This document shows positions 10,514 to 20,242 of a stretch of 64,000 nucleotides of DNA, one piece after another (the first letter of the stretch is position 1; each line of letters starts with the position of its first letter). The translations under genes and the position numbers were made by a program. Source of the stretch: Desulfomonilia bacterium (GTDB taxonomy: Bacteria > Desulfobacterota > Desulfomonilia > UBA1062); NCBI GenBank assembly GCA_050014195.1, contig JBEKDT010000005.1, positions 32,001 to 96,000 of the forward strand. The letters are read 5' to 3'. The notes under the pieces were generated by a model. That model had not been told where the DNA came from. It saw nothing but the letters and a program-made list of their open reading frames with translations, and searched no databases.

Positions 10514-12016
10514 TTATTCAAGCAAGGCAATTGAACGTTTGATGAGCAGGTCCATGTCGTTACTCACGCCCTTGCCCACTTTGACGAGAAATGCGCCGAT
10601 ACTCAAGCCCGCCCTTATCCTGAAGAGGTTTACCCTGTGAAGAAATTCATCCCGATCAGGCACGGATGCCTCCTCAAGGTAGTGCGCTATAAAATCTTCT
10701 CTGCGATAGGCATCGAGCGCCCGCGGGTGCAACCTGAGCTGATTCTCGAACTGCTCAAGGAAATATCCCACGTCAAATGCAGGAGAGAACAGCATGGCAT
10801 TGCCGAAGTCGATGACCGAGATGAACAGGGTGCTGATGTCCTGCATCCTGTCCTGGCCGATGATGATGTTCTTCGGGTGATAATCACCATGCACAAGTAC
10901 GAAATCGGCGTATGATTTCTCGAACAAGCCCTCTTCGAAGGACTTGACCGTGTCGATAAGGCGGCGGACCCGGCTCAGGTAAGGGCTGGAGCTTTTCTCG
11001 AATGACTTTTCATACGATGCAAACCGCTGCCGCTCCCGGGCCATGGTATTTTGTACAGAGCCCATGCGGATCCGTTGCGAATGCAGACGGGCAAGCCACC
11101 TGGCCGCCAGGGTGATATAGGATTTTCCCGTAGCCTCGCTCACCTTGGCCAGCAGGTCGAAGAGGTTCCTTCCCCGCTGTCCCTCTTCAATGACCAGCCT
11201 CTCCTCCTCATTGATCTCGAAGATCCTGGGGACTCTGAAGGTGCCCCCGGAAAAGCCGTGCTCGTGGACCTCGCTCACGATCCGGGATGTATCCCTTAAA
11301 GGCATCCATTTTTCCGACTTGCCCGGCCTCTTGAGGATGATCCTGCTTCGCGCTTCATCATCCCCCTTGGTTCCCAACGTAATCTCCTGGACAAGCATAT
11401 TCCCGCCCGCCTTTGGAATCTCTTTGTAAAAAGGCCGGCATCTGCCATACCTGATCTCGGAGGCGACCTCAGTTATGGAGGTGACGGGGTGGTCGAACTG
11501 GGTGGGAAGGATGCCTGCCGTATCATCGGCATGCGTATCGCTGCCGCTTATGGCCGTAAAACGGTGCTTATGCCAGAGCTTGAGCCCCAGATAGTTTTCA
11601 CTTAAGGTATGGTTGCTGCTGAAGATCTCGATGGCCTCAAACCTGTTATCAGTTAGCTTTTTCGCATAGGGCACCTTGCCTTCCCGGAAGGGATGGGCCC
11701 ACACAAGGGCTGCATCGGGAAATGCACTCTTGAGCTTTTCAAGGCTTATCCTCTCCGGAATGGTATCCTGGGGGCCATAGACGAGCACGTGTCCGAAATC
11801 GGTTTCCACCTCCTGGCCGGCAAGGATAACGAAATGCTCACTCACCTCTGCAGCCTTCCTGAGTTCCTGAATCTCCTCGGCGCTCCAAAGGTAGTGGTGT
11901 TCGGTGATAATGAGCCCCTGGAGGCCCTTGCGGAGTACACCCCTGACAAGTGAAACCGGGTCGATGCGGCTGCAGGATGAGTGCTTTGAGGTATGGGCGT
12001 GCATCTCTATGAGCAT
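10514..12016 (-). CDS. PHP phosphoesterase fused to an APH/choline-kinase-like phosphotransferase
   Basis: N-half has PHP motifs MHAHT, ITEHH, GQE, AHP and GSDTH; C-half has HGDYHPKN and IDFG kinase motifs. Confidence 0.88.
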   Translation of the reverse strand: MLIEMHAHTSKHSSCSRIDPVSLVRGVLRKGLQGLIITEHHYLWSAEEIQELRKAAEVSEHFVILAGQEVETDFGHVLVYGPQDTIPERISLEKLKSAFPDAALVWAHPFREGKVPYAKKLTDNRFEAIEIFSSNHTLSENYLGLKLWHKHRFTAISGSDTHADDTAGILPTQFDHPVTSITEVASEIRYGRCRPFYKEIPKAGGNMLVQEITLGTKGDDEARSRIILKRPGKSEKWMPLRDTSRIVSEVHEHGFSGGTFRVPRIFEINEEERLVIEEGQRGRNLFDLLAKVSEATGKSYITLAARWLARLHSQRIRMGSVQNTMARERQRFASYEKSFEKSSSPYLSRVRRLIDTVKSFEEGLFEKSYADFVLVHGDYHPKNIIIGQDRMQDISTLFISVIDFGNAMLFSPAFDVGYFLEQFENQLRLHPRALDAYRREDFIAHYLEEASVPDRDEFLHRVNLFRIRAGLSIGAFLVKVGKGVSNDMDLLIKRSIALLE

Positions 12017-12056
12017 CTTGATATCATCCTTTCATGGCCGCTCTCAAGGCCGTGCC

Positions 12057-12179
12057 TCAGCCGGAGAGGCAATCCACGTCGCCCGTGTAGATGAGGATAA
12101 TGGGCACGGCAAGCGCTAAGGCCTTCAGCCCTATGAGGTATCGCTTGCCACGCACAGGTTGCCGTACCTCATTTCCCAT
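12057..12179 (-). CDS. Possible 40-aa single-TM peptide or gene remnant
   Basis: MGNEVRQPVRGKRYLIGLKALALAVPIILIYTGDVDCLSG; the ATG overlaps the DUF362 3' end, an AGGAG lies upstream, and the ORF fills the intergenic gap. Confidence 0.3.
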   Translation of the reverse strand: MGNEVRQPVRGKRYLIGLKALALAVPIILIYTGDVDCLSG

Positions 12180-13191
12180 CAAATCCTATCTCCTGCGCAT
12201 AGGAGAACTGCCGCTGCCAGGGCAGGTACGAATGGGCTCTGGTAATAATGTCTGCGCCGAGACGTGAAACCGAATCGGCATCCAGGGCAACCGGGTGGTA
12301 GCCGCCTGTGAACCCGATATCGCCTGCAATGATATCGGTCTTCCCGGGCAGACAGTCGCACTCGGCAGTGATCTTTATGAGTGCATTGATGAGCACGGTC
12401 TTTTTGCCTATTATCCGCCACACCGCAGCAGCGGTCTCAATAAGCTTCTCCTGGAACGCCGCGTGATCCTCACCCCATAGGATCCGCAGGGCCATCTCCG
12501 GGCACTGGGCAATGCACTGGGCACACCCGATGCAGACTTCAAGGTCATAGCTCGGGTACTCGCCATCAATGATACTGGCTGCACCGGTGGGGCAAACCTC
12601 GGTGCAGATACCGCACTTGCTGCACTTTTTCTGACTGAGTATAGGCTTCACATCCGAATGCATGCGCTGCTTCTGGGCACGGGATGCAAACCCCATGGAG
12701 ATGTTCTTGATGGCCCCGCCGAAGCCTGCAGCGAGATGCGCCTTGAAATGGGAAAAGATGACGAAGCCGTTTGTCTTCGCGGCAAGGGAGGTAACCTGGG
12801 CGGTCTTGAAGTGCTTGTAGCCGGCAGGGATATCGATGACGTCCCGGCCGTCCAAGCCGTCTGCGATTACCACCGGGCAGCCGAGGAATTCCTCGGTATA
12901 GCCGTGCTGCCTAGCCGTCTCCAGCGAGTCTCTCCCGGTGTGCCTGCCCCCGGAATAGAGCACCGTGGTGTCTAAGATGAAAGGTTTGCAACCCTTTGAA
13001 GTAAGCCAGCGGACAATCTCCCGGGCATAGATCGGGTCGAGGAAGCTGTTATTGCCCTGCTCTCCCCAGTGGAGCTTGACACCCACGGAGTCGCCCTTGG
13101 AGAATGGAGGCTTAAGCATCTCCAGTAATACGCTCAGCGATGGTAGTGTCCCTTGCTGTGTCCCATCCGATTTTTGAAAGAGTATATCCAT
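12169..13191 (-). CDS. DUF362 domain protein with a 2x[4Fe-4S] ferredoxin insert
   Basis: VKLHWGE, DTTVLYSGGR and HFKAHLAAGFGGAIKNISMG motifs; two CxxCxxCxxxCP motifs. Confidence 0.88.
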   Translation of the reverse strand: MDILFQKSDGTQQGTLPSLSVLLEMLKPPFSKGDSVGVKLHWGEQGNNSFLDPIYAREIVRWLTSKGCKPFILDTTVLYSGGRHTGRDSLETARQHGYTEEFLGCPVVIADGLDGRDVIDIPAGYKHFKTAQVTSLAAKTNGFVIFSHFKAHLAAGFGGAIKNISMGFASRAQKQRMHSDVKPILSQKKCSKCGICTEVCPTGAASIIDGEYPSYDLEVCIGCAQCIAQCPEMALRILWGEDHAAFQEKLIETAAAVWRIIGKKTVLINALIKITAECDCLPGKTDIIAGDIGFTGGYHPVALDADSVSRLGADIITRAHSYLPWQRQFSYAQEIGFDGK

Positions 13192-13317
13192 GGCACCTTC
13201 CTTATTGTTTGTTCGGCTTATTCATTCAGTTTGCCTTTTTGTGATCATTTGTCAACACCACCATTGCCGAGTGGGGGTAGAGGTTCCGTCACTATTCACT
13301 AGTCACTGCCTTTCCGT

Positions 13318-13965
13318 TCACTGCTCGCTAAAGGCCTCAAGCGCGTTCCTTGCCAGCATGCGCTTCTTCGCATGCGGCAGATAGAGTCTGGAGACCTCTC
13401 CTGTCTTAAGGTCGAAGACGTTCACATATTCCCTGCCCGTGAGGTTTTCTCCATAGATCCCGACCTGGATGATGGCAGGATCATTGGCATTCCCGGTCTG
13501 ATGGATTCCTTTGTTCAAAGGGAAAACCGGATAGGTCTCTCCGGTCGGTATGAACTGCCGTGAACACTCCTCGAGGACTGCATGCCGTTCATCCGAACCG
13601 TCATCCAGTCTCCTGAAATTGATGATGTCCAGTGTCCCCAGGGCCGTACCGATGACGCCCCAGGAGTTATGATCGTGAATAGGATCGTATTCACCCGGCC
13701 CCCACAGGTAAAACCTCACTGAAAACATCTTTCCGGGGTCCCGGTAGAGTACTATCTCACTGTCAAACATGGTAGCGGAACTTACATCAGGGTATGGCCT
13801 GTTTTCCACGATGGCCCGCAATACCGTCTTAAGAAGCGCCTTGTCCTTCAGGAGATTCGGAAGCTCCTGCCTGAAAAAATCCTTGCGGGCGCCGGTATCC
13901 GTAAGCGTCTTTACCTCCTGTGACCATCGTGCAAAGTGATCAAGGATTTCAAGCCTCATTTCCAT
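13318..13965 (-). CDS. Cysteine/thiol dioxygenase-like cupin
   Basis: PIHDHNSWG and GIH give the 3-His motif. Start placed at the ATG at 13965 downstream of GGGAGG; the frame is open from 13989. Confidence 0.75.
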   Translation of the reverse strand: MEMRLEILDHFARWSQEVKTLTDTGARKDFFRQELPNLLKDKALLKTVLRAIVENRPYPDVSSATMFDSEIVLYRDPGKMFSVRFYLWGPGEYDPIHDHNSWGVIGTALGTLDIINFRRLDDGSDERHAVLEECSRQFIPTGETYPVFPLNKGIHQTGNANDPAIIQVGIYGENLTGREYVNVFDLKTGEVSRLYLPHAKKRMLARNALEAFSEQ

Positions 13966-13985
13966 GACGAGAAACATCCTCCCAA

Positions 13986-15908
13986 TCAATAAATTTCCAG
14001 GCGAACATACTGATCATAGAACGCAGAGCATGTCCCCATGTCGGTGAGCTGCGGGGATATAAGCCGGTTTATTCCACCACCAAGCCTCATCCAGTCTCCC
14101 CTGCGATAGACAACGACTTCGGGGTGAAGGCCCTTCATCGTCTCGATACGCACCTGCATTCGGCCAAGCGGGGAGACAAGGAAAACGGGTCGTGCGCGGT
14201 CAATGCCCTTGAGAAACCTGTTCTCTGGTGATATCCACACAAAAGGCGGCATATCCTGGTCTCCCGGCAGGATCTGGGAATGCATGAAGCCTTTCCGGAT
14301 AAGGCTCATGAGCCTCAGGGGGTACCCCTCCGGCGGGGCAGGTTCATCATGGAGTGCCGCAGGAAACCGGTACTTCCCGTCCTCATGGTCGAATTTCATG
14401 CCCTTATACGGCACGGGCGGCCTTCTTGCCTTTGCAAACCCCTTCAGCTTCAACTCATCGAGGGTGATATCGAGATAGGGCGAATGAAGGGACTCCCCGA
14501 GGCATGCTGAAGCATCGGGAAGCACGATAGGCGGATCAAGGCGCCTGCCGAGTTCCGTCAGGATCCAGAAATCGGGCCTGGCCTCACCGGGAGGTTCCAG
14601 TATCTCTTTCACATACTGCACATAGTCATGCATGTAGGACGCAACGATGTCCTCCTGCTCGAGCATCAGAGTGGGCGGCAGAACAAGGTCTGCACGCAAG
14701 GCGGTATCGGTCATGAATGCATCGACCACCATCTTGAACTCGATCTTCTCAAATGCGGCTGCAGTACCCTGGGCCCCGGGCGCCTGGTTAATCATATTGG
14801 AGCCATCCACCCAGATCATCCTGATGGGCGGATCATGCGCCTCGGAAATATCCTGCCCGATGAGCGGCATGCGCAGGAACCTTGCTCCCTCACTCCGGCC
14901 CTGGCCTGTCCAGGAGAGATTGAGGTTCCTCAGGGAATTCAGGTGGAAGTAGCTGCCCCCTCCCCTGATGCCGATATTACCGGAGAGCATGGCCAGCGCA
15001 TTGATGAACCTGACGTTCTGGCCGCCGTATCGATGCCTCTGGAGGCCGGCACCGATGATGGTGGCCGTGGGGTGCGTCTTTATATAGAAATCATACACCA
15101 GCTCTGCCTGCTCCCGTGATACCCCGCAGGCCTTCAGCAGATCATCGAGATGATTGCTTAAGATGAGTCCTTTGAATTCATCATAGTTATTCGTGCACCC
15201 CATGATCTCAGGGCGGATGGCGCCTCGCTCTATCATGAGCCTGACCACGGCTGCCGCCAGAAGCCTGTCCGTACCGGGCCGGATGAGGACCATATCATCG
15301 GAATGGTCCTTATTGAGATCGCCGCCCGGTGAGATGGTGAGCACCTTGGTCCCCTGCTGCCCGGCCTTACGGACAAGGGATGCCATGTGGATGGAGCTTC
15401 GCAGCAGATCTTTACCCCAGTTGACGATTGCCCTGGCATCCAGCAGCATCTCCATATCCGGGGTTTCCCGAGATCCGAAATCCTTCATGCACGCACTGTA
15501 GCCTGCAGAATCGCACAGGGAGCCCTGCACCCTGCTTGCGCCGAGCAATGTAAAAAACAGGTGCCCTGCCTGTTTGAGGACACCCTTGGCTCCTTCACCA
15601 TGAAAATAGAGAATGGAAGAGGGCTCTTTAGAGTAAACTCGAATTTTGTCGGCACACAAATCCAGTGCCGATTCCCAGTCGATGCGATCCCAGGTATCAC
15701 CGTTCCTGCGCATGGGATATATGATCCGCTCCGCGCTTTTCATACGGCGGAGATAGGCCTGCATCTTAGGGCAGGCGAAGCCTTTTGTAACAGGGTGTTC
15801 CGGATTCCCTCTGATGCGTATCCCTCCGCCGGATTCCTGAGAGATGATCAATGAACAAGCATCCGGGCAATCCATGGTACAGGCGGTAATGAGACGAGAT
15901 TTTCCCAT
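13986..15908 (-). CDS. Molybdopterin-dependent oxidoreductase (DMSO reductase superfamily)
   Basis: N-terminal CxxDCPDAC...C Fe-S motif; IRPGTD; DAFMTDTALRADLVLP; C-terminal dinucleotide-binding domain; no Tat signal. Frame open from 15944. Confidence 0.9.
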   Translation of the reverse strand: MGKSRLITACTMDCPDACSLIISQESGGGIRIRGNPEHPVTKGFACPKMQAYLRRMKSAERIIYPMRRNGDTWDRIDWESALDLCADKIRVYSKEPSSILYFHGEGAKGVLKQAGHLFFTLLGASRVQGSLCDSAGYSACMKDFGSRETPDMEMLLDARAIVNWGKDLLRSSIHMASLVRKAGQQGTKVLTISPGGDLNKDHSDDMVLIRPGTDRLLAAAVVRLMIERGAIRPEIMGCTNNYDEFKGLILSNHLDDLLKACGVSREQAELVYDFYIKTHPTATIIGAGLQRHRYGGQNVRFINALAMLSGNIGIRGGGSYFHLNSLRNLNLSWTGQGRSEGARFLRMPLIGQDISEAHDPPIRMIWVDGSNMINQAPGAQGTAAAFEKIEFKMVVDAFMTDTALRADLVLPPTLMLEQEDIVASYMHDYVQYVKEILEPPGEARPDFWILTELGRRLDPPIVLPDASACLGESLHSPYLDITLDELKLKGFAKARRPPVPYKGMKFDHEDGKYRFPAALHDEPAPPEGYPLRLMSLIRKGFMHSQILPGDQDMPPFVWISPENRFLKGIDRARPVFLVSPLGRMQVRIETMKGLHPEVVVYRRGDWMRLGGGINRLISPQLTDMGTCSAFYDQYVRLEIY

Positions 15909-15956
15909 ATATACATGGATAGAGATCACAAGCCGGACAATCAAGAGGGATTATAT

Positions 15957-16020
15957 CCTTTATCCGCCTCATGCTTTATGAATCTCCAGTGAAAAAAAGA
16001 ATGTATGAGGCGGATAAAGG
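15957..16020. repeat. Perfect 16-bp inverted repeat with a 32-nt spacer
   Basis: CCTTTATCCGCCTCAT (15957-15972) and ATGAGGCGGATAAAGG (16005-16020). Confidence 0.9.
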
Positions 16021-16034
16021 TGTAAGGGTGTGTC

Positions 16035-16343
16035 CTATTGCCTCAAGCTCCTTGGTGAACAGAGTACATATGACTGAAGCGGGACCCGGTAGATCTGTAC
16101 CGTGATGCCCTGTATCGGGTTAACCTCCATGGCGACATAGCGCCTTGCCAGCTCCTTCCTGAGCCGGCCTACGCGCTCGTTAAGATGCCAGGCCTTGTCG
16201 TCTTTGGCCAATCCCAGGAGATTTTTAACCTCCAGCGGCGGCAGGATGAAGCCCTGGCACTGGAATTTCAGAAGCTCCATGATGGAGGATGCAGCTTGTT
16301 TGCAACTCTTTGCTGATTCAGTCATTACATGTTCACTCAACAT
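16035..16343 (-). CDS. Hypothetical protein, weakly winged-helix-like
   Basis: Purine-rich RBS-like sequence; HLNERVGRLRKEL resembles an OmpR-type recognition helix. Confidence 0.45.
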   Translation of the reverse strand: MLSEHVMTESAKSCKQAASSIMELLKFQCQGFILPPLEVKNLLGLAKDDKAWHLNERVGRLRKELARRYVAMEVNPIQGITVQIYRVPLQSYVLCSPRSLRQ

Positions 16344-16594
16344 CGCGCCACCCTTCCCACCCCGACGGGGTATCTGCTATAATAAGAAGCCGTTTCAACA
16401 GCTTAAGGAGCAATGACCATGCCATATAATAATATATATAAATTCAATAGATTGAAGATTGTGCGGATCTACAGAACTTCCCTATGGGGTAATTATTTTC
16501 ATAGGTGGAGTGAAATACTTTTCCATGCTCAATTTTATTAAATAAATTTGGTGAGTTTTAATTTGATGTAATATGAATAATACCAGGGAGTAAT

Positions 16595-17809
16595 TCAGGT
16601 GGATACCTGGTTGCGTCCCTGTTTCTTGGCACGGTAAAGTGCCTTGTCCGCTACCTTGAGCACGTCGTTGGGCGTCCTGGCACGCTCACTCGGCCAGGCC
16701 ACACCAATGCTGATGGTGACCGAGACACTCTTGGGCGAAGTCTTGACCCTTCTCGGTGTCTTGGGCTTGCGCCTCGGTCTCATGCGGGAGCGGATGGCAA
16801 ATTCCGCATGGGCCACTTCTTTCCTGAGATCCTCGAGATGTTGCAGGGCATCATCGGCATACCTACCGGGGAAGATCACGGTGAATTCCTCCCCACCATA
16901 CCGGAACGCCTTCCCACCACCTGTCACCCTAGTGAGCCTTGAGGCCACCATACGCAGAACCTGGTCGCCTACATCGTGGCCGTGCTTGTCGTTAAACTTT
17001 TTAAAGTGATCGATGTCGAGCATGGCCAGGCAATACCGGCCGCCCAATTTCAGAAGATCTTCCTTCAAAGCCCTGCGGGCCGGCAGCCCGGTGAGCTCAT
17101 CCTTGAAGGCCATGGAATGGGATACCTCGATGACGGACACCAGAAGGATGAGAGCTGCGGTGGAGAAGTGAAATCCCATCTGATGTTTCTGCCCGGCTGA
17201 AGCAATTGCAATGAGAACCATGACGATCCCCCAGAAAAACCCGCTCTCCTTTGCCCCACCCTCCCGGACATACAGGGCGGTCATAACGATAAGACAGAGC
17301 AGGCACACCGCCATCGGGATCTGCGGGACGCTCAGTTTCTGCAGGAAGGTGAAAGGGAGAAGAACATGTTCAAGAAGGGCAGCATAATGCTCAGGGTCAG
17401 GACCGGCAATGATGCCGACCATCAAGGGCTGCACAAGTATCAGCGCAAGACGGCTTAAGCCCCTGGTAGTGAAAACCCCCCTTTCCCTTGCCACGGATAA
17501 AACAACGAGGTTAAGCGGCAGGAGCAGAGCGGCAGAATCAAAGGCCACGCGCCAGAGAATGTCACCCGCAGGGTGGACTGCCCCGAAGTGTACAAGGCTC
17601 CAATGAACAAAAGCGATGCATACGCAACCGAACACGAGGGCGGAGCGGTTGAACCGCCACCCGAAGGCCATGGAAATGATATACGCTGCATAGGGGTATA
17701 TGCTGATGACGGCTTCCAGATGAGTTTGGATTCCCTGGGCATGCACGAGGAAAAGGGATGCCAGCACCAGCATGCCCCCGGGAAGAAAAAATGACAGAAC
17801 AGCATTCAT
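16595..17809 (-). CDS. Membrane-bound diguanylate cyclase
   Basis: Multi-TM N-terminus; DELTGL, DIDHFKKFNDKHGHDVGD and RYGGEEF motifs; no RxxD I-site. Alternative start at 17827. Confidence 0.92.
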   Translation of the reverse strand: MNAVLSFFLPGGMLVLASLFLVHAQGIQTHLEAVISIYPYAAYIISMAFGWRFNRSALVFGCVCIAFVHWSLVHFGAVHPAGDILWRVAFDSAALLLPLNLVVLSVARERGVFTTRGLSRLALILVQPLMVGIIAGPDPEHYAALLEHVLLPFTFLQKLSVPQIPMAVCLLCLIVMTALYVREGGAKESGFFWGIVMVLIAIASAGQKHQMGFHFSTAALILLVSVIEVSHSMAFKDELTGLPARRALKEDLLKLGGRYCLAMLDIDHFKKFNDKHGHDVGDQVLRMVASRLTRVTGGGKAFRYGGEEFTVIFPGRYADDALQHLEDLRKEVAHAEFAIRSRMRPRRKPKTPRRVKTSPKSVSVTISIGVAWPSERARTPNDVLKVADKALYRAKKQGRNQVST

Positions 17810-17963
17810 GTACCAACGCCCCTTCATGTGGGTGCCGATGAAATAAGAGAACCTGTCACGACCACCCGAGATATGTTACGGTGTTCATGCGTAAGAACTT
17901 GAATGGATCACGCTTAAGCACGCTTAAATTGTCTTGTGGCGAGAAATCCGATACAGTGAGCCG

Positions 17964-18941
17964 ATGGACGTGTTCTTCTATGAGGCCTTTTCCGAAGAGG
18001 AAGAGGCGCTGCTCAGATACCTCCCGGCAAACATCAGTGCGGGTTTTATGAAAGAGACCATCCAGGAGTCGGGCCATGCATTGCCGGCCGCCGCACTCAT
18101 CAGCATAAGGACACAGTCTTTCATCCCGCTCATGTGGGGCTCACACATTACGGGAATTCTGACCAGGAGCACGGGATACGACCATATCACCGCCTACCTG
18201 ACGACTTCAGGCGCGCAGGTCCGGGCAGGCTACCTGCCCCTGTACTGCAGCCGGGCAGTGGGCGAACAGGCCATGCTGTTATGGCTCGGCCTCATGAGAA
18301 AGATAAGATCTCAGATGGCTAACCTGCCCTGCTTCAACCGGGACGGACTCACAGGCATGGAGTGTTTGGGCAAGACCCTGCTCGTGGTGGGCGTGGGCAA
18401 CATCGGATCCGAGATCTGCCGTATCGGTGATGCCCTCGGCATGAAGGTCCTTGGGGTGGACATCGTCATGAGGCATCCTTCCATTTGCTATGTATCCATA
18501 GAGGATGCCATAACAAAGGCCGATGTGATCTGCTGCGCCATGAACCTGACAGAGAAGAATCACAGCTACTTCACCTATGATCTTTTAACAAAGGCCAAGC
18601 AGGGTGCGATCTTTGTAAACATAGCCCGCGGAGAGCTTGCCCCCGCAGCCGATTTATTGCGACTTCTGGAAGAAGGGCACCTCGGGGGTGTAGGGCTCGA
18701 TGTCTATGAAAACGAGGGGGAACTTGCCGTAGCCTTGCGATCGGGCTTGCCTGCAAAAGATCCTGCGGTACGCTCAGTGCTTGCTCTCAGCAGGCATGCC
18801 GATGCCGTACTGACCCCGCACAATGCCTTCAACACGACAGAATCTGTCGAACGAAAGGCCCACATGAGCATACAGCAGATAGCGCACTTTTTAAAACATG
18901 GTGATTTCATATGGAAGGTGCCGCTCCGAGGATGTCCATAG
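17964..18941 (+). CDS. D-isomer-specific 2-hydroxyacid dehydrogenase (D-LDH-like)
   Basis: RSTGYDH, GVGNIG, VNIARG, LDVYENE and TPHNAF motifs. Frame open from 17934. Confidence 0.9.
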   Translation: MDVFFYEAFSEEEEALLRYLPANISAGFMKETIQESGHALPAAALISIRTQSFIPLMWGSHITGILTRSTGYDHITAYLTTSGAQVRAGYLPLYCSRAVGEQAMLLWLGLMRKIRSQMANLPCFNRDGLTGMECLGKTLLVVGVGNIGSEICRIGDALGMKVLGVDIVMRHPSICYVSIEDAITKADVICCAMNLTEKNHSYFTYDLLTKAKQGAIFVNIARGELAPAADLLRLLEEGHLGGVGLDVYENEGELAVALRSGLPAKDPAVRSVLALSRHADAVLTPHNAFNTTESVERKAHMSIQQIAHFLKHGDFIWKVPLRGCP

Positions 18942-19050
18942 CCCAAGTTTTTAGAGAGTAATGATATCAGATAAAAGGTGTTTCTTTGAATGGGCAAAAG
19001 CGTATGAGAACAATACGCTCTATCGCACAACAACTCGACAGCTTCTTCCA

Positions 19051-19959
19051 TCAGGTTTTGCAGTGCTTATAAACCTCTCTTATTGCCTGGGCTATTGCAT
19101 CGGGCTCTTCTTCCTGGATAAAGTGGCCGGCTTTTGTGCGCTGAACTGATGCATCGGGCATGAGTTCTATCATCCTGCGGAGCGCTCTGCCCAGGATAGG
19201 GTCTTTCTCTCCCCATACAATAGCGCTCGGTCCATGGAAGGTCCGGATGAATTCCTCGCATACCTTAAGCTCTTTAACACTTGGGTGTGTGAGAGATGCG
19301 GGTACCATGCGGGCAAGGGCTAGGGGTGCAATGCGGTCGGATATATGGCGAAGGGGGTATCGGTAGGCTTGTGCAACCTTACCCTGAATTGATGACGGAT
19401 CTCCTTGTGTCTTATGCAGAACGTTCTGTGGAAAACCGAGGAGCCTGAAAACAAAATCGCTTATTATGGGGAGATTGCTGAACCGGTGGAACAATGTGGG
19501 TCGAAATCCTTGGTGGGGTGGCCTCAATGCGGTGTTCAGGACTACCAAGCCTTTTAATAAATGAGGCCTGTCTGAGAGCGTCCTTACCCCGATGGGTCCT
19601 CCCCAGTCCTGGCATACGAGGATTATTCCTTCCACTCCCAAAGAATCTACAAATGAACCCAACCATGAGGCGTGGTTGATAAGGCTGTGATCATTCATTG
19701 ATCGGGGCTTACTGGAAAAGCCGAGACCAATGAGATCCGGGGCAATGCAATTAAGCGGCATATCTCTCAGAAGGTATACTATTTTACGGTACAGGAAGCC
19801 CCAGGTGGGATTGCCATGGAGCATGAGCACCGGCATTCCCTTACCCCACTCCATGACATGCATGAGTTGCCCGTGGGCATCCACGACCTTGCGGTGAACA
19901 CCTGCAGGGAGCATGTCTTCAATCCAGGCAGGCATGTCGGGTTTCCTGAGGTCTTCCAT
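19051..19959 (-). CDS. Alpha/beta hydrolase, haloalkane dehalogenase family
   Basis: HGNPTW, Asp nucleophile in QDWGG, GHFIQEE; AGGAG RBS before 19959. Confidence 0.88.
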   Translation of the reverse strand: MEDLRKPDMPAWIEDMLPAGVHRKVVDAHGQLMHVMEWGKGMPVLMLHGNPTWGFLYRKIVYLLRDMPLNCIAPDLIGLGFSSKPRSMNDHSLINHASWLGSFVDSLGVEGIILVCQDWGGPIGVRTLSDRPHLLKGLVVLNTALRPPHQGFRPTLFHRFSNLPIISDFVFRLLGFPQNVLHKTQGDPSSIQGKVAQAYRYPLRHISDRIAPLALARMVPASLTHPSVKELKVCEEFIRTFHGPSAIVWGEKDPILGRALRRMIELMPDASVQRTKAGHFIQEEEPDAIAQAIREVYKHCKT

Positions 19960-20242
19960 ACATGATCTCCTTTTCATATCCTATACGCTCATTCTCATGA
20001 AAGAACCATGCGGTGCGGTAGCAACATGAACTGATGAGTGGAAGATTAGTATTGTAAGCCGTGTATCATTTATTATATATAGATAATGATACTTCATTAC
20101 CTAATTATTGGCGTGATTTTTGTTATTTACTTTAGCGGGTTGTAAATAAAATAGTTAATATTTCAAGCGGCACATAAAAAGTAGTGACTTGTGGTAATGA
20201 ATTTTCATTACCCATATTCGAATTCAAAGAGGGGTCTGTTTT

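Noticed and set aside
12024-12059. Selenocysteine readthrough at the TGA ending the 40-aa ORF
   Set aside because: No CxxU-type motif and no convincing SECIS hairpin.
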